NCBI RefSeq assembly: GCF_965262435.1
Contig: NZ_OZ253537.1
Location: forward strand, 825,332 to 889,331
DNA length: 64,000 nucleotides
DNA from: Roseateles sp.
Lineage (GTDB): Bacteria; Pseudomonadota; Gammaproteobacteria; Burkholderiales; Burkholderiaceae_C
Direction: 5' to 3'
In this document: positions 1 through 10,220 of the stretch, piece by piece
Position numbering within the stretch: the first letter of the stretch is position 1
Layout of the letters: each line of letters opens with the position of its first letter
Position numbers and translations under genes: made by a program
Notes under the pieces: generated by a model
Told to the model about the DNA's origin: nothing
What the model saw: only the letters and a program-made list of their open reading frames with translations
Database searches by the model: none

Positions 1-248
1 TGCCCTTGGTCACCTTGCTGACCCTGATCTGGTTGCAGCTGGAGCAGCAGCCCATGGACAAGATCGCCAACCACGCGCGCTACACCTTCTGGTACGTGCT
101 GCCGACCCTGCCCATGTTTCTGCTCTTCCCGGCCCTGCTGGCGCGCCTGGGTTTTTGGCCGGCCTTGCTGCTCAGCGCCTTGTTTGCCCTGCTGTGCTTT
201 GTGGCGTTCGCCGTGCTGATGCGGCGTTTTGGGGTGGAGCTGCTGTGA
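1..248 (+). CDS. DUF3147-family small membrane protein (5' partial)
   Basis: Hydrophobic ORF 'LTLIWL..KIANHARYTFWYVLPTLPMFLLFP..RFGVEL'; the frame is open to the window edge. Confidence 0.7.
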   Translation, partial: PLVTLLTLIWLQLEQQPMDKIANHARYTFWYVLPTLPMFLLFPALLARLGFWPALLLSALFALLCFVAFAVLMRRFGVELL

Positions 249-306
249 GGCGAGCCGCCGCTGCATTAAGCTGGCGCTTCATTTGCACTGACCTGTCGGC
301 TCGCTC

Positions 307-945
307 ATGTTCGGCACTCAAGACCTGACCCTCTTCATCATCTCCGGCCTGCTGCTCAATGTCGCGCCGGGCCCGGATTCCCTGCTCATCATGGCGCGCA
401 GTGCCAGCCAGGGTTGGCGTGCGGGCTCGGCGGCCGCGCTCGGTATCGGCACGGGGACCTTTGTTCATGTGCTGGCGGCGGCCCTGGGCCTGTCGGCCTT
501 GATGGCGGCTTCGAGCTGGGCCTTTGGTCTGGTCAAGCTCCTGGGCGCCGCTTACCTGGTCTATATGGGCCTGGGCTTGCTGCTCAAGCGTGCCGCGCCC
601 GAATCGAGCGATCAAGCGCCGGCGCTACCCACGCCACGGCCTTTGCGCAGCATCTATCTCCAGGGCTTGCTGACCAATGTGCTGAACCCCAAGGTGGCGC
701 TGTTCTTCCTGGCTTTTGTGCCTCAGTTCATCGCGCCCGATGCCGCCAGCAAACCGCTGGCCTTTGTCTTTCTGGGCCTGGTCTTCAATGTCAACGGCAT
801 GCTCTGGTGCCATTTTCTGGCCTGGTCCACGGCGCAGGCCAGCCGGCGCATCAGCGCCAGTCGGCGTGTGGTGAGCTGGTTGAACCGGGCCATCGGCGCC
901 TTGTTCCTGGGTTTTGGCCTCAAGCTGGCCCTGACCGAGCGCTGA
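307..945 (+). CDS. LysE/RhtB family amino-acid exporter
   Basis: N-terminal 'PGPD' motif, 'GAAYLVYMG', 'NVLNPKVALFFLAFVPQF'. Confidence 0.92.
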   Translation: MFGTQDLTLFIISGLLLNVAPGPDSLLIMARSASQGWRAGSAAALGIGTGTFVHVLAAALGLSALMAASSWAFGLVKLLGAAYLVYMGLGLLLKRAAPESSDQAPALPTPRPLRSIYLQGLLTNVLNPKVALFFLAFVPQFIAPDAASKPLAFVFLGLVFNVNGMLWCHFLAWSTAQASRRISASRRVVSWLNRAIGALFLGFGLKLALTER

Positions 946-949
946 AACC

Positions 950-1498
950 ATGGCCATGGCCCGCTTCAACACTCAACGCCTCTTGTGGGGCGCGGCTCTT
1001 GTATTCGGCCTGCTGCTCTATGCCAGCCCCTATCTGGCTCTGCTGCAGATGCGCCAGGCGGCTGGCGTCCGCGATGGTGCGGCCCTGGCCGCCTGGGTTG
1101 ACTTTCCCAGCCTGCGCGCCAGCGTCAAGCTTGGGGTGCAACAGCGTCTGGTCGGCCCGCGCAGCCCTGGTTCGGCGGAGCCGCCCAGCCCGGCGCGCGC
1201 CATGGGCGCGGCCGTGGCCAGTGCCTTGTTGGGCCCCATGGTCGATGCCCTGATCACCCCGGCCAGCCTGGCTCGCTTGCTGCAGGGCGTGCCGCCCGCC
1301 AGTGCGGCCCTGCCGCGCCCGCAAGGCAGCGAAGCGGCCGTGCCGCCGCCCCGGGTCGAGACGGCGATGGGTTATGAACACCCGCAGCGTTTTGTCTTCA
1401 GCATCCGCCAGGCGGGCGAAGACGAAGAGCCGGTCGAGCTGGTCCTGCATCGCCAGGGCTTGTTCGGCTGGCAGATTGCCGAGTTGCGCCTGCCCTGA
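950..1498 (+). CDS. DUF2939 domain-containing protein
   Basis: 'YASPY..L..A..DGAAL..WVDFPSLRASVK' pattern after an N-terminal TM segment. Confidence 0.8.
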   Translation: MAMARFNTQRLLWGAALVFGLLLYASPYLALLQMRQAAGVRDGAALAAWVDFPSLRASVKLGVQQRLVGPRSPGSAEPPSPARAMGAAVASALLGPMVDALITPASLARLLQGVPPASAALPRPQGSEAAVPPPRVETAMGYEHPQRFVFSIRQAGEDEEPVELVLHRQGLFGWQIAELRLP

Positions 1499-1513
1499 GC
1501 CCGAGGGCCGAGC

Positions 1514-3064
1514 TCAAACTTCCATGCGCTCCGGCGCCAGGTATTGCTGGCGGTAGGCCTCAAACGGCAAGGTGTCCGCTTGTTCGATGCGCGCCTGCTC
1601 CGCCAGTGAGGCGGCGGCTTGCTCGGCGAAGCGCTGCGCCAGCTCGGCGCTGTAGGGCAGGTCCAGCATCAGGGCGCGGGTGGCCTCGGACTGCTGGCGG
1701 ACAAAGCCGACGTAGGAGTTGTCAAAGCGCTCGGCCATGGCCGCCAGCACGCGGGCCGACGGGGTGCTGTCGGGCTCGGCCAGGGTCTGGCGGGCGGCGT
1801 CCAAGGCGGCGCGGTAGTCCTCGCCTCCATGGGCGGCATCGAGCGCGGCCGCCATGGGCGCGCAGGCTTCCAGCAGCTCCGTGCCCCAGTCCTGCAGCGT
1901 GCGGCTGCCACCGTCCGGGGTTTGCAGGCGCAGGCCCGGCTCGCGGCCGCGTGCGGCCACCAGGTGCTGGTTCTGGCCCAGGGCGCGGATCTCTTCGGGG
2001 GTGTCCGGCGGGCTGTCGCTGAGCAGGCAGTGCAAGAGGAAGACGTCCAGGAAGCGCACGGTCTGGGCGGCGATGCCCACCGGCACAAAGGGGTCGAGGT
2101 CCATGCAGCGCACTTCTACATACTCGACGCCGCGCTCGCGCAGCGCATGCAGGGGGCGCTCGCCCGAGCGGATCACGCGCTTGGGCCGGATGGTGCCGTA
2201 GAACTCGTTCTCGATCTGCAGCAGGCTGGTGCTGAGCTGGTTGTAGTCGCCGCCGGGGTTCTGCACGCCGATGGCCTCATAGGCCGGATACGGCCGCGTC
2301 AGCGCTTCTTGCAATGAATCGGCATAGCTTTCCAGGCAGTTGTAGCTGACCGCCAGCGAGGCCTGGGCATCGCTCTGGTAGCCCAGGCGGCCCATGCGCA
2401 GCGAGGTGCCATGCGGCATGTAGAGCGTGCCGCCATTGAGCGACTGCAGCTCATGCTGGCGCCCCTGCACAAAGCTGGAGCACAGGGCCGGCGAGGCGCC
2501 GAAGAGGTACAGCAGCAAAAAGGAGTGGCGACGGAAATTGCGGATCAGGGCGAAGTACTGCTCGCTGCTGACGCCGGGCAGGGACCAGTTGTAGTGGATG
2601 CCCGAGATCGTCTGCATGCGCCGGCCGTAGCGCTGGCCCAGTCCCATGCGGTAGACGCTCTTGCTGCGGCCGACATTGGAGTGGCCGTAGCGGCCCAGGG
2701 GGATGGTCTCGTCGGTGGGCAGGCCGCAGGGCATGGAGCCGACCCAGAGCCGTTCTTCCTCGCTGCTTTGGCCGCAACAGCTCATTTCGTGCAGGGTCTG
2801 GTAGACAGCCTGGTGCACCTCGGTCAATTCCAGCAGGCAGCTGTCCACGCCGGCGTGCACGCCGGTGATCAGCTCGACCTGGGATTCGCTGAAGTCGGTG
2901 GTGATGTGGGGGTGGGTCAGGGCTGAGCCCAGGGCCGCCGGGTGGGGCGTGAGTGCCAACTGACCGCCCGGGCGCGCGCGCAGGCTTTCTTTCTCGATGC
3001 CCCGGCGTATGCCCAGCAAGTCCGCCCGAGTCAAATGCTCCAGGCGCTTGTTTGCTTCGCTCAT
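1514..3064 (-). CDS. gshA: glutamate--cysteine ligase
   Basis: 'RRGIEKESLR', 'HPHITTDFSESQVELIT', 'LQIENEFYGTIRPK', 'GVEYVEVRCMDLDPF'; ATG at 3064 preferred over TTG at 3079. Confidence 0.95.
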   Translation of the reverse strand: MSEANKRLEHLTRADLLGIRRGIEKESLRARPGGQLALTPHPAALGSALTHPHITTDFSESQVELITGVHAGVDSCLLELTEVHQAVYQTLHEMSCCGQSSEEERLWVGSMPCGLPTDETIPLGRYGHSNVGRSKSVYRMGLGQRYGRRMQTISGIHYNWSLPGVSSEQYFALIRNFRRHSFLLLYLFGASPALCSSFVQGRQHELQSLNGGTLYMPHGTSLRMGRLGYQSDAQASLAVSYNCLESYADSLQEALTRPYPAYEAIGVQNPGGDYNQLSTSLLQIENEFYGTIRPKRVIRSGERPLHALRERGVEYVEVRCMDLDPFVPVGIAAQTVRFLDVFLLHCLLSDSPPDTPEEIRALGQNQHLVAARGREPGLRLQTPDGGSRTLQDWGTELLEACAPMAAALDAAHGGEDYRAALDAARQTLAEPDSTPSARVLAAMAERFDNSYVGFVRQQSEATRALMLDLPYSAELAQRFAEQAAASLAEQARIEQADTLPFEAYRQQYLAPERMEV

Positions 3065-3251
3065 TTTGTATGTCCCCAATCACCCTCTGTGCAGTCGCGC
3101 ACAGTAACAGAGCGCCGTGAATTCTGCCCGCGCCGGGCTCAAGCCGAACTTGTGTTAAGGCCGTAAGTTGGCCCGCCCACATCGGGTTTTCCCGCTCCCC
3201 CACAGGCAGGGCTGCCGCTGCGCTGGGCTCTGCGCTACGCTGCGCCCTCGC

Positions 3252-4742
3252 ATGAAAGCACGCAACGCCGACGCCGCCATCCGCTGGCTGCCCCTGACCG
3301 TCATCCTCGCCCTGGCTTTGCAGGTCGCGGTGCTCTGGTTCGACCGGCTCAGCGATGCCGAAACGTCCTGGCTGCCCGGCTTGGCCGAGGCCAGCCTGGT
3401 GGTCAATCTCTTGCTGGCGGCCCTGGCCACCTTGGCCCTGCGGCGCGCGCGTGAGCGAATTCGGGCCGCCAATCGCAGCCTGGAGGAGGCCATCGATGCC
3501 TTGCCGGCCAGCGTCGAAATCTTTGATCAGGACGACCGCCTGGTCGCCTACAACAAGCAGCTGGCCGCCAACTACCCGCATATGGTTCAGGCCTTCCAGC
3601 GCGGGGACAGCTTCGAAGCGCTGGTGCGCCGCTCGGTGCGCGAAGGCGCGATCCCGGCCGCCGTGGGCCGCGAGGAAGCCTGGCTGGCCGAGCGCTTCGC
3701 CGACCGTGCGCGTGGCCAGGAAGCGCTGCTGCAACGCCTCAGCGACGGCCGCTGGCTGCGCATCTTCGAGCGCCGCACGCCCTCGGGCGGTACGGTCGGT
3801 GTGCGTCTTGATGTCAGCGACCTGATCCTGGAGCAACAGCGCCTGGCCGCCAGCCAAGCCCACCTCAAGGCTTTTGTGCAGGCGGCGCCGAACGGCGTGC
3901 TGACCCTGGACACCGAAGGCCATGTGCTGGAGCTCAACCCGGCCGCCGAACGCTTGTTCGGCTTCCGCGCCGCCGAGCTGCGTGGCAGCCACATCGACCT
4001 GCTCTTCGGCATCTGCATGGGCGAGAGCCCGGCCGAGCTGCTGGGCGAATCACGTGAGCTGAGCACGCGCCGCCGCGACGGGCAAGAACTGACCCTGCAG
4101 CTCAATATGGCCGAGGTGCGCACCGACACCACCCACCGTTTTGTCTGCATCATCACCGACCTGACCGAGCGCAAACGCCAGGAAGTCGCGCTGCAGCTGG
4201 CCAATGCCCAGCTGGCGCGCCAGTCCACCACCGACGGCCTGACCGGTGTCGGCAACCGCCGCCATTTCGACCACCTGCTGCAGCAGGAATGGCTGAACAG
4301 CGCCAGTGAAGGCCGCAGCCTGGCCTGCTTGATGGTCGACATCGACCACTTCAAGCAATACAACGACCACTACGGCCATATCGCCGGCGACGAGACCTTG
4401 CGCCGCGTGGCCGAGCTCTTGCACACCTGCGTGGGCCGCGGCGGCGGCACGGTCTGCCGCTTTGGCGGCGAAGAGTTTGTGCTGCTGCTGCCCGACACCG
4501 ATGTGGCCGAAGCCCAGACCCTGGCCCAGCGCTGCTTGGACAGCCTGCGCTTGGCTGCCATCGAGCACGCCGCCTCGCCCCTGCGGCGCAGCCTGAGCCT
4601 GAGCATTGGCGTGGCGGCCTGCGTGGCTGAGGCCCATGCCAGCCCCTTGCGCCTGGTCGAGCAGGCCGATGCCGCGCTCTACGCCGCCAAGCAGAACGGC
4701 CGTGCCCGTCTGGTCAGCGCGCCTTTGAATCGGGCCGCTTGA
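3252..4742 (+). CDS. membrane-anchored PAS-PAS-GGDEF diguanylate cyclase
   Basis: Two N-terminal TMs, PAS_7-like and PAS domains, 'DGLTGVGNRR', 'DIDHFKQYNDHYGH..GD', 'RFGGEEF'. Confidence 0.92.
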   Translation: MKARNADAAIRWLPLTVILALALQVAVLWFDRLSDAETSWLPGLAEASLVVNLLLAALATLALRRARERIRAANRSLEEAIDALPASVEIFDQDDRLVAYNKQLAANYPHMVQAFQRGDSFEALVRRSVREGAIPAAVGREEAWLAERFADRARGQEALLQRLSDGRWLRIFERRTPSGGTVGVRLDVSDLILEQQRLAASQAHLKAFVQAAPNGVLTLDTEGHVLELNPAAERLFGFRAAELRGSHIDLLFGICMGESPAELLGESRELSTRRRDGQELTLQLNMAEVRTDTTHRFVCIITDLTERKRQEVALQLANAQLARQSTTDGLTGVGNRRHFDHLLQQEWLNSASEGRSLACLMVDIDHFKQYNDHYGHIAGDETLRRVAELLHTCVGRGGGTVCRFGGEEFVLLLPDTDVAEAQTLAQRCLDSLRLAAIEHAASPLRRSLSLSIGVAACVAEAHASPLRLVEQADAALYAAKQNGRARLVSAPLNRAA

Positions 4743-4825
4743 ACGGGGCGGCCTGAGCCCCAAGCCTGCTGCTCACCCGCCCGTTCGCTACCATTGGGCT
4801 CTCCCGCCCTCTGGATCATCTGGCC

Positions 4826-5383
4826 ATGCCCACCTCTGTCGACGCTTCGGTCTGCGCCTATCTGCGCAGCCACATCCGCACCGTGCCCGATTGGCCCAGC
4901 GCCGGCGTGCAGTTCCGCGACATCACGCCTCTGCTGTCTAACCCGCGTGTGTTCCGGGTACTGATCGACCAATTCGTGCACCGTTATTTCGATCGTAAGC
5001 CTGATGCCATCGCCGGGCTTGATGCGCGCGGCTTCATCATCGGTTCGGTGCTGGCCTATGAGCTGAACATCGGCTTCATCCCCATCCGCAAGAAAGGCAA
5101 GCTGCCCTTCACCACGGTGGAAGAAACCTATGAGCTGGAATACGGCAGCGCCACGGTCGAGATGCACACCGACGCGGTGCGCCGGGGCGAGCGCGTGGTG
5201 CTGATCGACGACCTGATCGCCACCGGCGGCACCATGGGCGCCGGCGCCAAGCTGCTGCAGCGCCTGGGCGCCGAAGTGGTGGAGTGCGGCGCCATCGTCG
5301 ACCTGCCGGAGCTGGGCGGTTCGGCCCAGTTGCGGGCGGCGGGGCTGCCTTTGTTTACTTTGGTCGACTTCGCCGGCCACTGA
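4826..5383 (+). CDS. apt: adenine phosphoribosyltransferase
   Basis: '[11 protein letters not shown]', 'ARGFI', 'RKKGKLP', PRPP motif '[12 protein letters not shown]'. Confidence 0.96.
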   Translation: MPTSVDASVCAYLRSHIRTVPDWPSAGVQFRDITPLLSNPRVFRVLIDQFVHRYFDRKPDAIAGLDARGFIIGSVLAYELNIGFIPIRKKGKLPFTTVEETYELEYGSATVEMHTDAVRRGERVVLIDDLIATGGTMGAGAKLLQRLGAEVVECGAIVDLPELGGSAQLRAAGLPLFTLVDFAGH

Positions 5384-5412
5384 ACCGGGCTCAAGCAAGG
5401 GACAATCGCGCC

Positions 5413-5646
5413 ATGGCAAAACCCATCCCCCGTCTCAGCGCTGAAGAAATCAAGCGCGTCATCGCCACCGCCTGGACCGACCAACCGCCCTACAGCAAGG
5501 TGCTGATGGAGCATGGACTCGGCCAGGGCGAGCTGGTGCAGCTGATGAAGCGCGAGCTGACCTCGACCGCCTACAAGATGTGGGCCGCCCAAGGCAAGAG
5601 CGCCAAGGCGCCGACGCGTAAGGCCCAGTGGCCTTACGGCAAGTAA
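5413..5646 (+). CDS. TIGR03643/DUF2805-like small protein
   Basis: 'IKRVIATAWTD..P...GL...ELVQLMKREL...YKMW' resembles the family pattern. Confidence 0.65.
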   Translation: MAKPIPRLSAEEIKRVIATAWTDQPPYSKVLMEHGLGQGELVQLMKRELTSTAYKMWAAQGKSAKAPTRKAQWPYGK

Positions 5647-5656
5647 ATCAGCAGTC

Positions 5657-6484
5657 TCAGCCTCGCCCGGCCGGTGCCGGCGGGTCCAGCGGGAACTTGG
5701 TGCAGCCCAGCCGGGTCGAGATGTCGCGGCTGGCGGTGGTCAGCATGGCGATGATCTCCGGCGCCTTCTCCTCGTCGTAGCGGAAGGTCGGGAAAGAGAT
5801 GCTCATGCCCGCGATCGGCTGGTTCAGCCGGTCGAAGATGGGGATGCCCAGGCAGCGGATGTGGTCGTCGAACTCTTCGCGGTCTTCACCGAAGCCCTGG
5901 GCACGCACGCGCTCCAGCTCGGCCAGATAGGGGCCGCGTTCGACGATGGTCTTGTCGCGGAAGCGCTTGAACTCGGCGCCGTCGAGGATGCGCTCGCGTC
6001 GCTCCGGGTGTTCCCAGGCCAGCAGCACCTTGCCGATGGCAGTGCAGTGCAGGGGCGCGCGGCGGCCGACCTTGGAATACATGCCCAGGGTGTGGCGCGA
6101 GTCGATCTTGTGCACATAGATGATCTCGCTGTCGATCAAGGTGCCCAGGTGCACAGTCTCGCCGGTCTTGTCGGCCAGCATTTGCATGTGGTGCTTGGCC
6201 AGGTCCACCAGGTCGGGGTATTGCAGCGCCTTGGCGCCCAGCTCGAAGGCTTTCATGCTCAGGCCGTAGCGCTCGCTGTCGGCCTGCTGGCGCACATAGC
6301 CCAGGGTCATCATGGTCTGCAGGAAACGGTAGACCGTGGCCTTGGGCATGGCCAGGCGCACCGACAGCTCGGAGATGCCGGTTTCGCTGCGCTCTGACAA
6401 GGCTTGCAGGATGGCAAACACCTTGAGCACCGCGGCCACCGATTCGGGCTGCTTGCCGCCGCTGTCGACTGAATCGTCATCCAT
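5657..6484 (-). CDS. kdgR: IclR-family repressor KdgR
   Basis: 'QPESVAAVLKVFAILQAL', 'KATVYRFLQTM', 'HCTAIGK' and location in a pectin locus; ATG 6484 preferred over the longer ORF start. Confidence 0.9.
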   Translation of the reverse strand: MDDDSVDSGGKQPESVAAVLKVFAILQALSERSETGISELSVRLAMPKATVYRFLQTMMTLGYVRQQADSERYGLSMKAFELGAKALQYPDLVDLAKHHMQMLADKTGETVHLGTLIDSEIIYVHKIDSRHTLGMYSKVGRRAPLHCTAIGKVLLAWEHPERRERILDGAEFKRFRDKTIVERGPYLAELERVRAQGFGEDREEFDDHIRCLGIPIFDRLNQPIAGMSISFPTFRYDEEKAPEIIAMLTTASRDISTRLGCTKFPLDPPAPAGRG

Positions 6485-6549
6485 TGTTTTGTTTTCCCCG
6501 GGCTGGTGTTTCATTTGAAGTGGATTGTCCACGGCTTGGCGTTTGCGCT

Positions 6550-7854
6550 CTACCGGGCTAGCCCGGCCCCCGCTCCGGCGCGCACCCGGCCTTCGACCTG
6601 ATCGGCCGGCTCGACCGGCGCGGCCACGAGGGGCTGCCAGCCCAGGTCACTGGAAATCACCGCGCCCGGGTTGGCCGCGCGCAGTTCGGCCAGCAGGTCC
6701 AGCGGCTGGCCGTTGTGCAAGGAGCCGCGGTCGGCGAAATGCTGGCCCTTCCACCACTTCACCAGCTGCCGGCTCGACAGGCCCGGCGCGCTGCGCCAGA
6801 CATTGGCCTCGCTGAGGACGCGCGAATGCACGCCCACGCCGATGCTGTAGTCATAGGCCTTCAGGTCCGGCACGCTGAACAGATTGTTGTAGAGGTGCAC
6901 CTGGCCGTAGCGCACGCGCGGTGTGCGCGCCTGGGTGCGCTCCCAGTGGTTGTGGTGGAAGCTGACGCGCAGATGGCCGGCGTCTTCGCTGCGGCTGTCG
7001 CTGCTGCCGATCAGATGGGTCTTGTCGTGGTCGCGGAAATGGCTCCAGCTGACCGTCACCAGATCGGATTGCTGGGTGATGTCCAGCAGGCCGTCGTGGT
7101 GCTGCATGGGCCGGCCCAGGGCCCAGCGCTCGGTGCGGTCGGGGCGTTCGCCGTCGTCAAAGGTGCAGTGGTCCACCCAGACCCGGCGCGCCCCGCGCAG
7201 CGAGAGGTTGTCGTATTCGGAGTTCCACTCGCCGCTGGCATTGTCCTTGGGGTCCCAGGCGGGGAAAAAGTCGTAGGCATCGGAGAGATGCAGGCCGCGC
7301 ACGATGATGTTCTGCACCCCGTCCAGCAGCAGCATGCCGTTCTTGAAGCCGGCGTCCGGGCCCAGGCCGACCAGGGTGGTGTCGGACGGAATGCGCACCG
7401 TGGTGTGGGCCGATTGCCGGCGTGCCGAGCGCAGCCGCGCCTCTTCCTGCGGCCCGCTCGGTGGCACCTTGCCCCAGGTGGACGGGGCGTAGGCAGCCTC
7501 GTAGGCGGGCCAGCTGAAGGCGGGGTCGCGGAAGTCTTCGGCCTGCAGCGGCCGGCCCTGGGCATCGGCGCTGAGGTCGATGCGCCCGCGCACCTGGATG
7601 ATGCGCGGCCGGGCCGGGCCGGCCAATGCGGCCAGCAACTCGCTGCGGCTGCTGACGGTGACCACATCGGCTGCGGCGGCATCGGCGCCACCGCGCGTGC
7701 CGCCGTTCAAGGAGGCCCAGCCGTCGCCAGGCGCCAGCACGCTGCGGGCCCAGGGGCTGAGTTCGGTGTTGGCTCGCTCGACCGGCAGGACGCTGCAAGC
7801 GATCAAGGTGCAGGCCGGCAGGATGAGAAGAAGGCTGCGGCGGAGGGGCTTCAT
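6550..7854 (-). CDS. pectate lyase (PL1), probable lipoprotein
   Basis: 'GWAS..GGTRGG', 'VWVDHCTF', 'DGLLDI', 'HDKT.LIGSSD', 'RTPRVRYGQVHLYNN'; lipobox-like 'LIAC'; start overlaps the upstream stop (ATGA). Confidence 0.92.
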   Translation of the reverse strand: MKPLRRSLLLILPACTLIACSVLPVERANTELSPWARSVLAPGDGWASLNGGTRGGADAAAADVVTVSSRSELLAALAGPARPRIIQVRGRIDLSADAQGRPLQAEDFRDPAFSWPAYEAAYAPSTWGKVPPSGPQEEARLRSARRQSAHTTVRIPSDTTLVGLGPDAGFKNGMLLLDGVQNIIVRGLHLSDAYDFFPAWDPKDNASGEWNSEYDNLSLRGARRVWVDHCTFDDGERPDRTERWALGRPMQHHDGLLDITQQSDLVTVSWSHFRDHDKTHLIGSSDSRSEDAGHLRVSFHHNHWERTQARTPRVRYGQVHLYNNLFSVPDLKAYDYSIGVGVHSRVLSEANVWRSAPGLSSRQLVKWWKGQHFADRGSLHNGQPLDLLAELRAANPGAVISSDLGWQPLVAAPVEPADQVEGRVRAGAGAGLAR

Positions 7855-9032
7855 GGCAGATCCTGGTTGCGGTGTTCGAACAGGCGGTTCGCTGCGGCGC
7901 CCTCGGTCCGGTGCGGCCGGCGCGCGGTGGAGGGGCCCCAGACGCCCTCGCGCCGGGCGTGGATGTGGGCGCCGATGCGGCTTTCGCGCACCACGGCCAG
8001 GCCATTCGGTACCGCCGGGCCGGCGCGCCACTCGCCCTTGGCCACGCCCTGGTCCCAGGCGCGGCCGAGCCAGACGCTGCCCGGCGCCAGACCGGCTTCG
8101 GCCAGGAAGCGGCTGTCCTGCACGAGGAAGCCGATGGGCTCCTTCGCCGCCGTGCTCGGCGCCAGCACGATGCCGCCCTCGCCCGGCGTGCGCCGCCCGG
8201 CGCGGCTGAGCACGGTGCAGCGCTCCAGCAGCAGGCGGGCATCGCCGAAGATGAAATCGACGTCGCCGGCGATCAGGCTGTCATGCACCCAGACGCGGCT
8301 TAAGCCCTCACCCTCACGGCGGCGGCTGGCATAGAAGGTGTCCTGATGGCCCCAGAGCTGAACCCGGTCCAGCTCAATGCGGTCACCGCGCGTCATCAAG
8401 GCCACGGCCTGGGCGCCGCCGCCCTCGCCCACCTCGGGCGGGTAGCCCTGGCCAGCGCGCACGCCGTCCAGGGCGCTGTTGACGATGCTGAGTTGGCGCA
8501 GCGTGACCTCGTCGCTGAACACGGCCACGCTGGCGCTGCCGGCCGTGCCGTGGCGGGGTGCGCTGCTGGCTGGAAAGCAGGGCGAGGCGCCGCCGGCTTC
8601 GCGCGGCTGGGCGGCAAAGCGGCCTGCCACCAGGCGCACCTCGCCGGGCTCGCGGCCGGCGCCGTAGATCGTCAGCGGCGGCTTGTCGTGGATGCAGACG
8701 TTCTCGACGTAGCGGCCCGGCGCCAGGCGGATGAAGTAGCGTGCCGGCGCACCGGCCACCGGCGCAGCGCTGCGCGAGGGGATGGCGTCGAGGGCCGCTT
8801 GCAGGCTGCGGTGGCTGCCGCTGCCGTCGGCCGCCACGCTGAAATGGGCGGGCAGCTCGGCGAGTGGCGCGGCCGCTGCGGGCAGCCAATCTGCGAGGAG
8901 GGCGGCGCGGGTGTGCAGCCGGGCTTGTGCATCGGGGAGCTGCGGGCGCAGAGCCGGGCTGGCTTGCGCCTTGCCGGCCAAGACGAGCAGAGCCAGCGCT
9001 GCAGCACCGCGCGCTGAGAACAAGACGCTCAC
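7851..9032 (-). CDS. pectin methylesterase (CE8)
   Basis: 'VAADGSG.HRSLQAALD', 'QAVAL', 'GHQDTFY', 'GDVDFIFG', 'LGRAW'. Confidence 0.92.
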   Translation of the reverse strand: MSVLFSARGAAALALLVLAGKAQASPALRPQLPDAQARLHTRAALLADWLPAAAAPLAELPAHFSVAADGSGSHRSLQAALDAIPSRSAAPVAGAPARYFIRLAPGRYVENVCIHDKPPLTIYGAGREPGEVRLVAGRFAAQPREAGGASPCFPASSAPRHGTAGSASVAVFSDEVTLRQLSIVNSALDGVRAGQGYPPEVGEGGGAQAVALMTRGDRIELDRVQLWGHQDTFYASRRREGEGLSRVWVHDSLIAGDVDFIFGDARLLLERCTVLSRAGRRTPGEGGIVLAPSTAAKEPIGFLVQDSRFLAEAGLAPGSVWLGRAWDQGVAKGEWRAGPAVPNGLAVVRESRIGAHIHARREGVWGPSTARRPHRTEGAAANRLFEHRNQDLP

Positions 9033-10195
9033 TCCAGATCAACCAAATACAGCGCCGGCTCGCCCTCGGCGTCCGAGCTGAACAGCACCTGGCGCTGGTC
9101 GGGCGTGAACGAGGGGTGCGGGTGGGTGACCTGGCGGTTGCCCTTGTGCACGCGCCAGGAGCTGTTGTGCCGGGCGATGGGCCGGCTGCTTCCGGCGCGC
9201 AGGTCGAAGAGGTGGAGAAAGGGGTCGTTCTGGATCTCGTGGCCGCGCGTGTTGGCCACATCGGTGGGCGTGCCGCTGCCGTCGCCCACCAGCAGGCTGC
9301 CGTCGCTATTGCTCATCAGGTGCGAGCAGGGCGGCATGGCGCTGAGGCGGCGGCTTTCCAGCGTCACCGGGTCGAGCGAGCAGATCCAGCGGTCCGTCTG
9401 ACCTTCCAGGTAGGAAACAAACATCATGGACGAGCCATCGGGCACCCAGAACTCATGCGTGATGCTCTCGCCCGGTTCGTGCTCGCGGCCGCAGCGCAGG
9501 CCGCTCCCGTCCTCGTTGATGAACCAGATGCGGGCGTCGATCAGGTCGTGCGGGCCCTCGTGGCAAAAGGCCACCGTGTGGTCGTCGAAGGGGCGGTACT
9601 GCGGGTGGCCGAGCCAGCCCTTCTTCTCGAGGATCACCTGGCGCTCGCCGGTGGCCAGGTCGATGCGGAACAGGCGGCAGCGCGGCTGCGCGTGGTACAT
9701 CTGGTGGAACTTCTGCCAGTCCGACAGGGGGAACCAATCGTCGGCATGGATCTCGATGCCCACCATCTGCGTGCAGGCGCTGTTGGACACCCAGGTGCCG
9801 TAACCGACCCAGCCCTGGGGCACGGTGTAGACCACCTCTTCGCTGAGGTCGCCCAGGTCCAGGCGGATCAGCTGGCGCTCGGCGCGCACGAAGTAGAGGT
9901 GGTGGTCGTCGGGGCTGAGGAAGCCGCCGAAGGTGTTTTCACCCGCGCCATCGCTGAGCTGGGTGGCGACCTGGCTTTGCAGGTCCAGCAGGTGGTAGTT
10001 CCAGTCCGTGCCCGGGCCGAACTCGGCGCCGAAGATCAGGCGCTGGCCATCGTTGGTGAAGCACTTTTGATAGAAGTAGTTGCGATGGCAGGTGATGTCG
10101 GTCGGCGTCAGGCGGGTGACGCGGCCGCCCTCGCTGGCGCTCAGGCGCAGCTGGGGGCAGTCGGTGAAGTGGAGCTGGCGTTCGGTGCGTTTCAT
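9029..10195 (-). CDS. ogl: oligogalacturonate lyase (PL22)
   Basis: 'HRNYFYQKCF..DG', 'WLGHPQYRP.DD', 'FCHEGPHD', 'HPHPSFTPD'. Confidence 0.95.
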   Translation of the reverse strand: MKRTERQLHFTDCPQLRLSASEGGRVTRLTPTDITCHRNYFYQKCFTNDGQRLIFGAEFGPGTDWNYHLLDLQSQVATQLSDGAGENTFGGFLSPDDHHLYFVRAERQLIRLDLGDLSEEVVYTVPQGWVGYGTWVSNSACTQMVGIEIHADDWFPLSDWQKFHQMYHAQPRCRLFRIDLATGERQVILEKKGWLGHPQYRPFDDHTVAFCHEGPHDLIDARIWFINEDGSGLRCGREHEPGESITHEFWVPDGSSMMFVSYLEGQTDRWICSLDPVTLESRRLSAMPPCSHLMSNSDGSLLVGDGSGTPTDVANTRGHEIQNDPFLHLFDLRAGSSRPIARHNSSWRVHKGNRQVTHPHPSFTPDQRQVLFSSDAEGEPALYLVDLE

Positions 10196-10220
10196 CGGGT
10201 CGTTCCAGGCAGGGGCGGGG

